Translations under genes and position numbers: made by a program | In this document: positions 9,649 through 19,599 of the stretch, piece after piece | Layout of the letters: the number at the start of each line of letters is the position of its first letter | How positions within the stretch are numbered: the stretch's first letter is position 1 | The notes under the pieces: generated by a model | What the model was told of the DNA's origin: nothing | What the model saw: only the letters and a program-made list of their open reading frames with translations | Database searches by the model: none | Assembly (NCBI GenBank): GCA_035473115.1 | Contig: DATION010000004.1 | Coordinates: forward strand, 33,126-97,125 | Source: Candidatus Udaeobacter sp. | GTDB lineage: Bacteria > Patescibacteriota > Patescibacteriia > Magasanikbacterales > GWA2-37-8 | Reading direction: 5' to 3' | Length of the DNA: 64,000 bases

Positions 9649-11892
9649 CTATTTATTGGTTAATAAGTAAACACTATATTTATAATTATAGCTCTGCCTG
9701 CCAATTATTTTTTGTTTTAATTTTAATAAAATCGGATCGGTAGGCACAGACTGATGCTGATCTATTATTTTAAAACCTTCAGGAATTTTATCTGCCGCAG
9801 CCATTGAATCATAGGCACTATCACCGTCCGAACCGGTAGAGAAAAACCATACTCTTAGATCTCTTTTCTTGCCTTCTAATAAGTTCGGCAATTTATCAAG
9901 CGGAATTGCTGTTAATTTGCCAAAGTACTTATCTTTATAAAAATTATAATTACCAATATTCATATCACCGTTGATAATCAGATAATCATTGGCCTTAGAA
10001 TTATTTTGCACAAATTGATACTCTGTAAAATCATTAAAATAACTGCCATTAAAATAATTTTGCCTCTGATAAAAATTAAATAGCCCGGCTGCCTGAACCA
10101 AGATTAACATTAGCATGATTAAATACTTATAAAAACCTTTTATTTCAAAAGTTAAACGAGTGATTAAAATAATAAACAAAGGAAAAGCCACAAAGACATA
10201 CTTCGGATACACTATAAAATTATATCTCGGGTCAGCATGATTTAAAAAAATTACATTTAAAATAACCGACATTAAAAACAAATAAAATAATAAGTAAAAT
10301 TCCAAGTTTTGCTTACAAAGTTTTTTTATTAAAACAAATAATAGAACCACCATCACTAGCGCTCCCGCGATAAACGGCGCAAAGTTCCACGGCAAAATAT
10401 TCTCTCCGAAGAAATAAGCGTAAAAATGCATTAAAAAGTCGGCCGCTAAATTAATAAATGACTTCCCCAGCAAACTAGCTTTTTCAAAACCTTTATCATT
10501 TTGGATAAATATTCTTAAGTAAAATAGATAAATGATCGGCAAAAAAGATACTGCCACTCCGGCTTGGCCAGCAAGCCATTTTGACAAGGATAGCACTTTA
10601 TTTTTTGTTAAAAATAAATAAAAATAACAAATATTTATAATAAAAATCAGATAAACAAAATGAGGCAAATCTGTATAACCGACCAAAACACTAAACAATA
10701 AAAATTTAATAAATAATTTTCTCTCATAGCCAACTAGTGCCATCTTGCAAAAATAATATAAGCTTAATAAGGTTAGCAAAGCCGCCAGACTGTGATAACG
10801 AGCCATCTGTGAAATCAGAAGAAAATAGGACGAAATTGAAGTCAAAAACATCCCCCATCTGGCCAAGGCTTTATCTTTAAATAATAACAAAGAAAAATAA
10901 TAAACTGTTACCGTTATGCCTAAACCGGATAACACGGAAACCAACCTGATACCCAATTCACCAAAAGGAAAGATTCTGTACAATAAAATAACTAAAAAAT
11001 AATAAAGCGGCGGATGATTATCCGGAACGCGAAAATATTCGATTAAAAAATTAAGCGGATTTGGGCTATGATACATGTATTCTAAAACTGCTGTTTCATC
11101 CATCCAAAATGTTCTGGAACTTATACGATAAAACAGCAAAATTAAAGATAATGCTATCAACGAAATAAAATAAGTCTTATCTTTGTTGAGCCTAAAATAT
11201 TTAAAAATTCTTAAAAGAGAATACTTAAATAACTGGCCAAAAAATAACATGTACTCCATATAGTTCAATTTGGATGAACTAAATTTTCTTACTCTAAAAT
11301 TATACGGCAACTCTTTAACTTTGGTATAATTTCCTTTTATTAACACCTCTAAAAGGATCTTATAGCCTTTTGTTTTCAAATTAATACCGGAAATAACATT
11401 TTTATTTAGAAAAAAATATCCGCTTAAAGGATCTTTAATTCCGGTAAGTTTGCGAGCAAAAAATACACCAACTTTTGAGACTAATTTTCTCCACCATTTC
11501 CAATCTTCCACGGAACTGCCTTCGCTAAACCTTCCCCCGATCGCGATATTATTATCCAGCAAACTCAAGATAAGATCGTTTAAAATAACCGGATTATGGC
11601 TTAAATCCGCATCCATAACCCCAACGTACGGACGATCAGAAAGTTTAAAACCCTCTCTAACAGCACTGCCAAGGCCCAGCTTACCGGACCGATGAATAAC
11701 TTTTATCGGATAATTTTTCTTTAGCTCTTCCGCCACATTACCGGTGCCGTCGGGCGAATTATCATCCACAATAATAAACTCCAAATCAATCTTTTCTTTA
11801 TTTATAATACCCCAAATCTCTTCAATTAGAATAGAAAGATTTTTTGCTTCGTTATATGTGGGTATAATAAGAGAAATTTTTATCGGCGACAT
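9649..11892 (-). CDS. fusion protein: Dpm1/GtrB-like polyprenyl-phosphate sugar synthase (GT2) + PMT/ArnT-like GT-C membrane glycosyltransferase
   Basis: N-terminal ~230 aa: ISLIIPTYNEAKNL...FIIVDDNSPDGT...VMDADLSH (Dpm1-like). The C-terminal ~500 aa has more than 10 TM helices, with a HPPLYYFLV... segment resembling PMT_2/GT39-83 enzymes. Confidence 0.65.
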   Translation of the reverse strand: MSPIKISLIIPTYNEAKNLSILIEEIWGIINKEKIDLEFIIVDDNSPDGTGNVAEELKKNYPIKVIHRSGKLGLGSAVREGFKLSDRPYVGVMDADLSHNPVILNDLILSLLDNNIAIGGRFSEGSSVEDWKWWRKLVSKVGVFFARKLTGIKDPLSGYFFLNKNVISGINLKTKGYKILLEVLIKGNYTKVKELPYNFRVRKFSSSKLNYMEYMLFFGQLFKYSLLRIFKYFRLNKDKTYFISLIALSLILLFYRISSRTFWMDETAVLEYMYHSPNPLNFLIEYFRVPDNHPPLYYFLVILLYRIFPFGELGIRLVSVLSGLGITVTVYYFSLLLFKDKALARWGMFLTSISSYFLLISQMARYHSLAALLTLLSLYYFCKMALVGYERKLFIKFLLFSVLVGYTDLPHFVYLIFIINICYFYLFLTKNKVLSLSKWLAGQAGVAVSFLPIIYLFYLRIFIQNDKGFEKASLLGKSFINLAADFLMHFYAYFFGENILPWNFAPFIAGALVMVVLLFVLIKKLCKQNLEFYLLFYLFLMSVILNVIFLNHADPRYNFIVYPKYVFVAFPLFIILITRLTFEIKGFYKYLIMLMLILVQAAGLFNFYQRQNYFNGSYFNDFTEYQFVQNNSKANDYLIINGDMNIGNYNFYKDKYFGKLTAIPLDKLPNLLEGKKRDLRVWFFSTGSDGDSAYDSMAAADKIPEGFKIIDQHQSVPTDPILLKLKQKIIGRQSYNYKYSVYLLTNK

Positions 11893-11895
11893 AAA

Positions 11896-13053
11896 CTATT
11901 TAATTTTACTGGCAGCATCCCGGCTCTGCCAAAAATAATTCCAGGCGCAGACCGGATTTTTATTGCAACTATCAATAATAGTAAAAACATGAGCGTATCT
12001 AAGCGTATTTTGCAATAAATACGGCGTGGCCAATAAAATAAAAACAGAAAAAACACTCAAATACTTCCAATAACTTATTCTTTCATACAATTTAAATAAA
12101 CCGTAAGCGGCCAAAGGCAGTAGCAGCCAGGCTGAAATAAATACCGTTCTGGCAATAAACACCGGCCAAGCAAAATATGATAATGCTGTCGGCAAAACAG
12201 CGATAAAATATACCCACACCCCTCTATCAATCATCCTGAGGTTTTTGCATAACAAAACAACTCCTATAAATATAGCTGCCCAAGTTAAATTATAGGTGCT
12301 GGCATTTACTCCAAACCAGCGCAACAATGTATAATTTGCCCCCCAAATTCTCCAGGTTTCGATAAAATAGGATAAAGAAGAAAAACCAACATCAGCGCCG
12401 CGTACAGAATTTACTATTAAGGTAAATAAAGGCAAAGCGGCAAACATTGCTAAATACCCGACAGTTTTTTTCCAATTAATTATTTCTGACAAAATAACTA
12501 TGCCGGCAAACAATGCGCCCATCGCACCTGATTCTTTTGTTAAGATGCCAAAAGCAACCGAGACGCTGCTTAACAGTAACCAGCTATACTTTTTTTGTTC
12601 TCGCCATCTCCAAATAGAATACATTGTCAAAACACACCAGAAATAACCTCCCATATCTTCTACTTGAGTCAGCCCATACCGAACCATGGCATAATTTGTG
12701 ATCGCAAATAGCGCAGTTACAAAACCAATCCATTTATTATTAAAAACCCGAGCAATGAGACTGTAGGTTAATAATAGTAAGCCAAAATAAAAAACTATAT
12801 TGGTAACAATTAAACTGCTAACCGGGGAAAGAAAAAATAAAATTTTAGCGGACACAACCGGATAAAACGGCACGGCATATCGATTCGTAAAAAATAACGG
12901 GATATCATTGCCTCTAAAAAAATTAATCGTATCAATAAAACTATCAGTATCATTATTTGTATGAAAACCAAATAAATAATGAAAAATAACAAGATTTATA
13001 ATTCCCAATGCCAATAGTACCAGGTGTAAATTATATTTTTTAAAAAAATTCAT
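11896..13053 (-). CDS. polytopic membrane protein, candidate GT-C glycosyltransferase or glycan polymerase
   Basis: 386 aa after trimming to the ATG at 13053. A 7-nt gap to the upstream gene avoids a 116-nt overlap. It has 10+ TM helices and no soluble domain. Confidence 0.4.
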   Translation of the reverse strand: MNFFKKYNLHLVLLALGIINLVIFHYLFGFHTNNDTDSFIDTINFFRGNDIPLFFTNRYAVPFYPVVSAKILFFLSPVSSLIVTNIVFYFGLLLLTYSLIARVFNNKWIGFVTALFAITNYAMVRYGLTQVEDMGGYFWCVLTMYSIWRWREQKKYSWLLLSSVSVAFGILTKESGAMGALFAGIVILSEIINWKKTVGYLAMFAALPLFTLIVNSVRGADVGFSSLSYFIETWRIWGANYTLLRWFGVNASTYNLTWAAIFIGVVLLCKNLRMIDRGVWVYFIAVLPTALSYFAWPVFIARTVFISAWLLLPLAAYGLFKLYERISYWKYLSVFSVFILLATPYLLQNTLRYAHVFTIIDSCNKNPVCAWNYFWQSRDAASKIK

Positions 13054-13060
13054 AATAAAA

Positions 13061-13771
13061 CTAAAACGACTTGAAACGCCATTTAAGAATTGTCCATAAT
13101 ACGTATAACCCATCCCGATAACGAATCTTCTTTCCTTCGGCAAAAGTTCTAGGATTATAATGAATCGGAACTTCAACCACTTTTAAACTTTTTCTAAATA
13201 GCTTGCACAATAATTCAACATCATAAGCAAAACCATTAGCTTCAATCGGCAAATCCACCATATATTTACGCGGGATTATTTTATAACAGGCAAAAAAATC
13301 TGTCCCTTTACGCGCATATAATAAATTAATGCTGGCTATGATTAGCTTGTTTCCTAAATATGTAAGCGGATGTGGGTGCGACCAGCCGGTGTGGCTATTT
13401 TTTAATTCATCAGATAAAGTTCTTGAGCCTAAACTGATATCAGCTGTACCTGCCTGTATTGGCGCCAGCATAGCTTTTAAGTCTTGCGGGTCATATTCCA
13501 AATCAGCATCCTGAATAGTAATATAGTCTCCTGTGGCCTGAGCAATCCCCAATTTTACGGAAGCGCCTTTACCGCTATTTTTTTCTTTAAAAATAACTTT
13601 GTACTTATCACCCAGACCGCGCAAAATTTCTCTAGTTCCGTCAGTTGAGCAATCATCCACAATCACAACTTCTTTATCGCAATTATCAAAAATAACCTCG
13701 TCCACTTTTTTAAGTATCTCCAGAATAGTATTTTTTTCATTGTAGGCTGGAATGATAATTGATAATTTCAT
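13061..13771 (-). CDS. family 2 glycosyltransferase, Dpm1/ArnC-like polyprenyl-phosphate sugar synthase
   Basis: MKLSIIIPAYNEKNTILEIL...VVIVDDCSTDGT...IQDADLEYDP. Length is 236 aa. Confidence 0.75.
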   Translation of the reverse strand: MKLSIIIPAYNEKNTILEILKKVDEVIFDNCDKEVVIVDDCSTDGTREILRGLGDKYKVIFKEKNSGKGASVKLGIAQATGDYITIQDADLEYDPQDLKAMLAPIQAGTADISLGSRTLSDELKNSHTGWSHPHPLTYLGNKLIIASINLLYARKGTDFFACYKIIPRKYMVDLPIEANGFAYDVELLCKLFRKSLKVVEVPIHYNPRTFAEGKKIRYRDGLYVLWTILKWRFKSF

Positions 13772-13779
13772 AAAAATAT

Positions 13780-14946
13780 TTACAGCAAAGAATGATATAC
13801 ATCAATTATTTTTTTTCTATAAACATTGGCGCTAAACCTTTCTTTTTCTTTTAAAGAATTTTCTTTTAGAGACCGATAAATTTGTTCATCATCTAGTTTT
13901 AACAAGGCTTCTTTAAAAGCCACTGGATTACTGGCCGGAACCAAAATACCGGCCGAACCAACTACTTCCGGAATAGCTCCCGAAGTAGTGCTGATAACGG
14001 GACAATTCTGCAAAATAGCATCGGCCAAAGAATAGCCAAATTGTTCTTGCCAGGTTCTGGTTGGCGTACTGCCCAAAAGAAACGCCCGGGCATGCTTATA
14101 CAATTGCTTTATTTCATTGTTGGGAACGTTTTTAATAACTAAAACATTGCTCGATAAACCTAGATCAGAAACTAATCGGCAAAAATTTTTATATTCCTTA
14201 CCATCGCCGATTACAACTAATTTCCTATCAGTTTGCTTAGATTTTTTAAGATACATTTTCCAAGCGTATAAAATGTCGTATATCCCCTTTTCCCAAATCA
14301 TGCGGCTAATGACCAAATCAAATTTAACATTTTGTAAATTTAATTTTTCTATTAAAGAATCATCACTCGGCTCAATAATCAGACCAGGATAAACTACTTC
14401 TACTTGTTCTGGTTTTGCACCCATATCCAAAGCCAACTCGGCTGAAAATTTAGAAAAAGCTAAAAATTTATCCACTCCGGCAATATTTTCTTTGATTATT
14501 GAATTTATTTTATCACGCCAATATTTTGGCGGACAATTTAAACCTGGCCAATAATTATACTCAAAACGGCCAAAAGTGTTATCAACAAAATTGGCGACAA
14601 CTTTTAGTTTTGGATTATTTTTCTTGGCTCTGACGCACTGTAAGGTGTAATAATTATAAACCTCAACCCCATGAGCAATATCAAAATTTATAAGTTCTTT
14701 TTCTAAACCAAACATCCGTTGATACTGTCCGCAAGCATACTTAAAATAATTTTTTGTTAAAAAATTATCCGCGGTCGATCGCAGCCGTTTAATTGCCAAA
14801 TTAATATTATTTAGCGAAAAAACATTTTTTTGGCCGCAAAATGCCACTGTTTCTAAATTACTATCCAGGTTTTCCCATATTTTTGCTTCCTGTTCTTTTA
14901 AGCTATCTCCGCGCACTAAGGCAATTTTTATTTTACCCTCTTTCAT
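13780..14946 (-). CDS. family 4 (GT-B) glycosyltransferase
   Basis: The C-terminal EQFGYSLADAIL...PVISTTSGAIPEVV block is the GT4 E-x7-E-like signature. Length is 388 aa. Confidence 0.7.
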   Translation of the reverse strand: MKEGKIKIALVRGDSLKEQEAKIWENLDSNLETVAFCGQKNVFSLNNINLAIKRLRSTADNFLTKNYFKYACGQYQRMFGLEKELINFDIAHGVEVYNYYTLQCVRAKKNNPKLKVVANFVDNTFGRFEYNYWPGLNCPPKYWRDKINSIIKENIAGVDKFLAFSKFSAELALDMGAKPEQVEVVYPGLIIEPSDDSLIEKLNLQNVKFDLVISRMIWEKGIYDILYAWKMYLKKSKQTDRKLVVIGDGKEYKNFCRLVSDLGLSSNVLVIKNVPNNEIKQLYKHARAFLLGSTPTRTWQEQFGYSLADAILQNCPVISTTSGAIPEVVGSAGILVPASNPVAFKEALLKLDDEQIYRSLKENSLKEKERFSANVYRKKIIDVYHSLL

Positions 14947-14949
14947 AAT

Positions 14950-15942
14950 TTAAAATTTTACTATTTTCTTGCTTATTTCCTCCATCATTTTAGTTATTCT
15001 GGCGCCAAACTCAATGCCAGTAACAGGCTTACTACCGGTACTTACGCAACTAATAAAATGCTCCAGTTCATTTTTTAACGGCTCACCAGCTTTTACAGAT
15101 GGGAGTGATTGTTGCTCCATTAAATTAGGCAAAAAGAGAGAAGATTTTTTATTTTTACCCCACTTAGGATAAGAGCTATTTATCCAGCGAAGTTTAGCGT
15201 CGTCACGATCATTAAAAAGCGCCATGCCTTTATCTCCTACCAAGGTAACTTTGCGAACTTTTTCCGGCCAATACCAAGAAGTGAGCAGATGCGCCACTAA
15301 ACCGCTTTGAAACTTTACTGTCACAGATGCAAAATCATCATTCGCCGAGTTTTTAAAAGAACGGCTTGCGCCCGTTACTTTAACTATCTTACCCGGAGAA
15401 AAAAGATATTCCAAAACAGCGCAATCATGAATTCCGGCATCCATAAAACTGCCGACATCGGCTCGAAAAGGACCTCCGTAGAGATGTTCACCCATAAAAT
15501 ACTTTACCGCGCCAAGATCTTTAATATGTTCTTTTATATAACGGAGATAATCGTTATAAACATATTGCAAACCAACCATGAAAACTAAATTCTTATTTTT
15601 ACTTAATTCTTTTTCAATAGCTTTGGCTTCACTAGTATTTATTACCATCGGTTTTTCTACAAAAACGTGCTTGCCTTGCCTTAAAGATTTAATGATCAAA
15701 TCTTTGTGCGTATGCGGTGGCGTAGCGATAATGACACAATCAATTTTTTTATCCTTAATTACTTCATCACTCTTTAAAGTTTTTTTGATACCTACTGACA
15801 AAACATCCTTATTTTTTTCAAAACCATCACCAGACTTATTGGCAACAGTAACTAAATTTACACCTGGAATTTCCTGCAACAAACGAGCATAATGTTTTCC
15901 AAAATGCCCGAACCCTATGATGCCAAATTGCAGGGTTTTCAT
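14950..15942 (-). CDS. Gfo/Idh/MocA-family NAD(P)-dependent sugar oxidoreductase
   Basis: MKTLQFGIIGFGHFGKHYARLL N-terminal Rossmann motif and an EKP motif. Length is 330 aa. Confidence 0.75.
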   Translation of the reverse strand: MKTLQFGIIGFGHFGKHYARLLQEIPGVNLVTVANKSGDGFEKNKDVLSVGIKKTLKSDEVIKDKKIDCVIIATPPHTHKDLIIKSLRQGKHVFVEKPMVINTSEAKAIEKELSKNKNLVFMVGLQYVYNDYLRYIKEHIKDLGAVKYFMGEHLYGGPFRADVGSFMDAGIHDCAVLEYLFSPGKIVKVTGASRSFKNSANDDFASVTVKFQSGLVAHLLTSWYWPEKVRKVTLVGDKGMALFNDRDDAKLRWINSSYPKWGKNKKSSLFLPNLMEQQSLPSVKAGEPLKNELEHFISCVSTGSKPVTGIEFGARITKMMEEISKKIVKF

Positions 15943-15959
15943 ACGTTAAAGATGAAGTG

Positions 15960-18251
15960 CTAAACTAAAATATTTTTCATCCACTTATAAGAGCGGCTTA
16001 AGCCGGCTCGTAAATTAATTGATGGATGGAAATCAACTTGCGACTTGGCTTTAGACAAGTCCGGACAGCGTCTGGAAGGTTCATCCTGCGGATAAGTATC
16101 TGGATAATTAACCAGATTTATTTCAACTTTTTTATCAGTGACAATCTCAGAAACAATTTCTGCCAAAGCTTTCATATTAATTTCTTCATCATCATTGCCG
16201 ATATTAAAGACCTCGCCGTTTTTTTCCGAAAGTAAAACTTTAAAAAATCCAACCATCGCATCGCTGGCATAACAAAAAGTACGGGTTTGGTTTCCTTTAC
16301 CATGAACTGATAACGGCTTGCCTTCAATCGCCTGACTTAAGAATGTCGGCACAACTCTATAGTCTTTGGCGCTCATTCCCGGACCATAAACATTAAAAGG
16401 CCGAACAATTTTTATAGGGGTGTTGTGGACACGGTGATAAGCTGTACCCAAAGTTTCGCCCAAACGCTTTGATTCGTCATAGCAAGAGCGCGGACCGGTA
16501 GAAGAAACATTGCCTCGGTATGTTTCCGGAGTAGGAATGAATTTCGGATCAGGATCTCCGTAAATTTCACTGGAACTAAAATATAAAATACTCTTTACCT
16601 TTTTTTCGAGTCCCAATTTTAACATGTTGCTTAATCCAAAAACCGCTCCTTCTATTGTTTCAATCGGATACCGCATGTAATAAACCGGTGAAGCGATGCC
16701 GGCGGCGGAGATTATATAATCTACCGGAACATCTAAAGTTAGCGGGTCGCAAATATTATGATTCTTAAAAGAAATATAATTACTATCAATTTCTTTTAAG
16801 AGATTATTCTTTTTTCCGATGATATGATTATCTATTGAAAGCACTCGGCAAGGTTCCTTAAAATATCTTTTATTTAACAAATCTATAACTGCGATAAAAT
16901 AACTGCCGATAAAACCGGAACCGCCCGTAATCAAAACACTTTTACCTTCTAACGATTTGGCTACTTCCGCAACTTCTTTGGCGATAAAATCTAGATCACC
17001 TTCCACAATTCCGCTAACCACCTGAGCAAACGGCACTGGAATAATGAAATTCTCAAAATCCGAACATTTCTTAATAATAGAATCGGCAAAATTCCAAGCT
17101 AAAACCAAAATATAATCTGGCGGATTGGCTTTTAATTCTGTGGCTGGCTTAACCGGAATATGCGTTCCCGGAGTATAAAGCCCCTGCTTCCAAACGCTGT
17201 CATCAATAATATAATCGAGTGTTTCTGTGCCAATATTAAAATAATTTAACAAAGTGCTGCCTTTGGCTGGAGCGCCATAACCAACGATTTTCTTTCCTTT
17301 TGATTTTAGTTCGCTTAAAAGTCCAAGCAAACGAGTTTTATTTTCGGCAATTTTAGCTTCAAAACTGGTAAAAGTTTCTATCTCATTAATTTTTTTATTT
17401 TTTTCCTCATTGATAAATCGCTCCACATTAGAACCTAATGGATATTTACCACCTTTTCTTTGTACAAAAACCCTCAATGAGCCACCATGAGTGTCTGTTT
17501 TATCAACATCAAAAACCTGCATACCCAAACGATCAAACAGAGTACTGATTGTTTTTACCGTAAAATACGATAAATGTTCATGGTAAATAGTGTCAAATAA
17601 ATTTTTCTCTACTAGATCCAATAAATAATAGGCTTCAATGACAAAAACACCGTCATCAGCCAACAAATTTTTTACGCCTTCCACCACTTGATCTAAATCA
17701 TCAATATGTGGAAAAACGCTGGTGGCGGTAACTAGCGATGCTTTGCCTTTGGCTTGAACTATTTTGTTGGCTATTTCTGGAGTAAAGTAAGCAGCCATTG
17801 TTTCGATACCGTTTTCGGTTGCTCTGGCCGCAATATTAGCCGCCGGATCAACGCCCATAATTTTAACTCCCATTTCTTTGTATGGCCGAAGCAAAATTCC
17901 ATCATTGCTGCCGATATCAACTACCAGCGAATTACTGTTCAAGCTAAAACGCTGAGCCATTTCGGAAGCAAAAGCTTTAAAATGCGCCACAAAAACAGGT
18001 GATGTTGACGAACTATAAACATAATTGCTAAACAGCAGATCCGGAGAAACAACATGACTAAGCCCAACAAAAGAACAATCCTTACAAAAAGATAATTCCA
18101 AAGGAAAACTATGCTCCGGCTTTTCCAGATCTTCTGGTTTTAAGAAAGCATTGGCCGGAGGCGTACTGCCCAAACTAAGCACTTGGGTTAAATTTTTTCC
18201 TTTACAAACTCGACAAGACTCGCTCTTTTTAAATAAAGATTGATCCGACAT
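15960..18251 (-). CDS. bifunctional fusion: NDP-sugar C-methyltransferase-like (Zn-ribbon + SAM MTase + C-MT C-terminal domain) fused to UDP-glucuronate decarboxylase (UXS)-like SDR
   Basis: 763 aa. N-terminal CRVCKGKNL...CKDC Zn-ribbon and a VVDIGSNDG SAM motif. The C-terminal half has VLITGGSGFIGSYF, YDESKRLGE (UXS/ArnA-type YDExKR) and RPFNVYGPGM. Confidence 0.65.
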   Translation of the reverse strand: MSDQSLFKKSESCRVCKGKNLTQVLSLGSTPPANAFLKPEDLEKPEHSFPLELSFCKDCSFVGLSHVVSPDLLFSNYVYSSSTSPVFVAHFKAFASEMAQRFSLNSNSLVVDIGSNDGILLRPYKEMGVKIMGVDPAANIAARATENGIETMAAYFTPEIANKIVQAKGKASLVTATSVFPHIDDLDQVVEGVKNLLADDGVFVIEAYYLLDLVEKNLFDTIYHEHLSYFTVKTISTLFDRLGMQVFDVDKTDTHGGSLRVFVQRKGGKYPLGSNVERFINEEKNKKINEIETFTSFEAKIAENKTRLLGLLSELKSKGKKIVGYGAPAKGSTLLNYFNIGTETLDYIIDDSVWKQGLYTPGTHIPVKPATELKANPPDYILVLAWNFADSIIKKCSDFENFIIPVPFAQVVSGIVEGDLDFIAKEVAEVAKSLEGKSVLITGGSGFIGSYFIAVIDLLNKRYFKEPCRVLSIDNHIIGKKNNLLKEIDSNYISFKNHNICDPLTLDVPVDYIISAAGIASPVYYMRYPIETIEGAVFGLSNMLKLGLEKKVKSILYFSSSEIYGDPDPKFIPTPETYRGNVSSTGPRSCYDESKRLGETLGTAYHRVHNTPIKIVRPFNVYGPGMSAKDYRVVPTFLSQAIEGKPLSVHGKGNQTRTFCYASDAMVGFFKVLLSEKNGEVFNIGNDDEEINMKALAEIVSEIVTDKKVEINLVNYPDTYPQDEPSRRCPDLSKAKSQVDFHPSINLRAGLSRSYKWMKNILV

Positions 18252-18257
18252 AAAATT

Positions 18258-18653
18258 TTAAACCAATTTAACGCGAACAGTATCCTGCTCATAATCGTCC
18301 TGACTTCTTGACTTTAAAGCAAAAACGAAACAAACTGTATCTTCCAAAAAATTCATAGCATGTGCAACCATAGGCGGCGAAAAAACCATATCACCGGCGC
18401 TTATTTCTACAGTCTCTTTTTTAGACAAATCCGGATTACCGTCTATAAGCGGAGCTTCGGTATATTCCATTTTTCCGGTTAACATGTACACGTAATGTCC
18501 GTCTTCTTTATGGAAATGGTTGGCGCGAATAGCGTCTTTATTGCAAGTCATCATCAAAATACTCTTAATCACTGTTTTTCCGTCATCAAGCAATTTTGTT
18601 ATGGCTCCTCTGGCATCAACAAATTCTGGCTGAATATTTCTTGTTATTTCCAT
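18258..18653 (-). CDS. WxcM/FdtA-like cupin domain protein
   Basis: 131 aa. ANHFHKEDGHYVYMLTG cupin HxH core. Confidence 0.45.
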   Translation of the reverse strand: MEITRNIQPEFVDARGAITKLLDDGKTVIKSILMMTCNKDAIRANHFHKEDGHYVYMLTGKMEYTEAPLIDGNPDLSKKETVEISAGDMVFSPPMVAHAMNFLEDTVCFVFALKSRSQDDYEQDTVRVKLV

Positions 18654-18754
18654 ATTACAGAAAGATATTAATAATAAATTAAAACAAGCTTATTTGATTA
18701 AGATTGCTAGTAAAATTATATTACAACTCTAAGAAAGAGTCAACCTAAAAAACC

Positions 18755-19582
18755 TTACTTTTCCCCTCTTTTTAGCTTCCAAACTTGAAGATATAAAGTG
18801 AAATAATAGATAAATTGCTGCAGGCCGATATTAAAGCCTGTCCAGCTAGTCCACAAACCATTCTTCATCTGGCCCAAAAAATTCTTTATCGGTTCAAAAA
18901 AAATATAATAATAGATATGGCTGCGTACTTTATTGACCTTATTAACCCAGACTTCTTCGGTAGTATTAAAATACTCTATTTTAGTTTTTTCCGGGAAAAA
19001 ATATTTCGCATGAATCGGAACCCATTTTGCTCTTTTTTTCAAAAAAGATTGCCAGCTTACGTTGTTATACAGTGGGCGGTGACGTAAAAAAATATCTACC
19101 TTTTGCGCAATTCCTTTGACATGGCCTATCTCGTGAGGAACAGCTTGATAATAAAAATTTTTCTTCCGGAACAGACACATCTTTTGCAAACCTTTAAAAT
19201 AAACCGGCTGCTTTCCATTCCACATTTCCCATTTAAAAATATAGCCATCGACCCCTGCCGGAGCATTATTTACCAAATCTCGAATACGCTCATGATCGGC
19301 AATATCAAGATACTCATCGCCATCCATCTGCAGTATCCAGTCGCCTGTCGCTTGAACAAAGCCAAAAGCGCGGTGCGGTTCGGCTTCGCCAATATGTTCA
19401 CGCACAAAAATCTTATCAGTGTATTTTTTGGCAATTTCCAAAGTTTTATCACCGCATTCTCCGTCATGGATCACAATAATTTCATCAACCAAATCTTTGA
19501 TACTCAAAAGACAGCGCTCAACAATTTTTTCTTCATTGTATACGATAAGACAGGCAGAAATTTTTTGCTTGCTATTTTCCAT
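18755..19582 (-). CDS. family 2 glycosyltransferase
   Basis: ISACLIVYNEEKIVERCL...MDGDEYL GT-A signatures. Length is 275 aa. Confidence 0.65.
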   Translation of the reverse strand: MENSKQKISACLIVYNEEKIVERCLLSIKDLVDEIIVIHDGECGDKTLEIAKKYTDKIFVREHIGEAEPHRAFGFVQATGDWILQMDGDEYLDIADHERIRDLVNNAPAGVDGYIFKWEMWNGKQPVYFKGLQKMCLFRKKNFYYQAVPHEIGHVKGIAQKVDIFLRHRPLYNNVSWQSFLKKRAKWVPIHAKYFFPEKTKIEYFNTTEEVWVNKVNKVRSHIYYYIFFEPIKNFLGQMKNGLWTSWTGFNIGLQQFIYYFTLYLQVWKLKRGEK

Positions 19583-19599
19583 AATTTATTAAAGACAAA

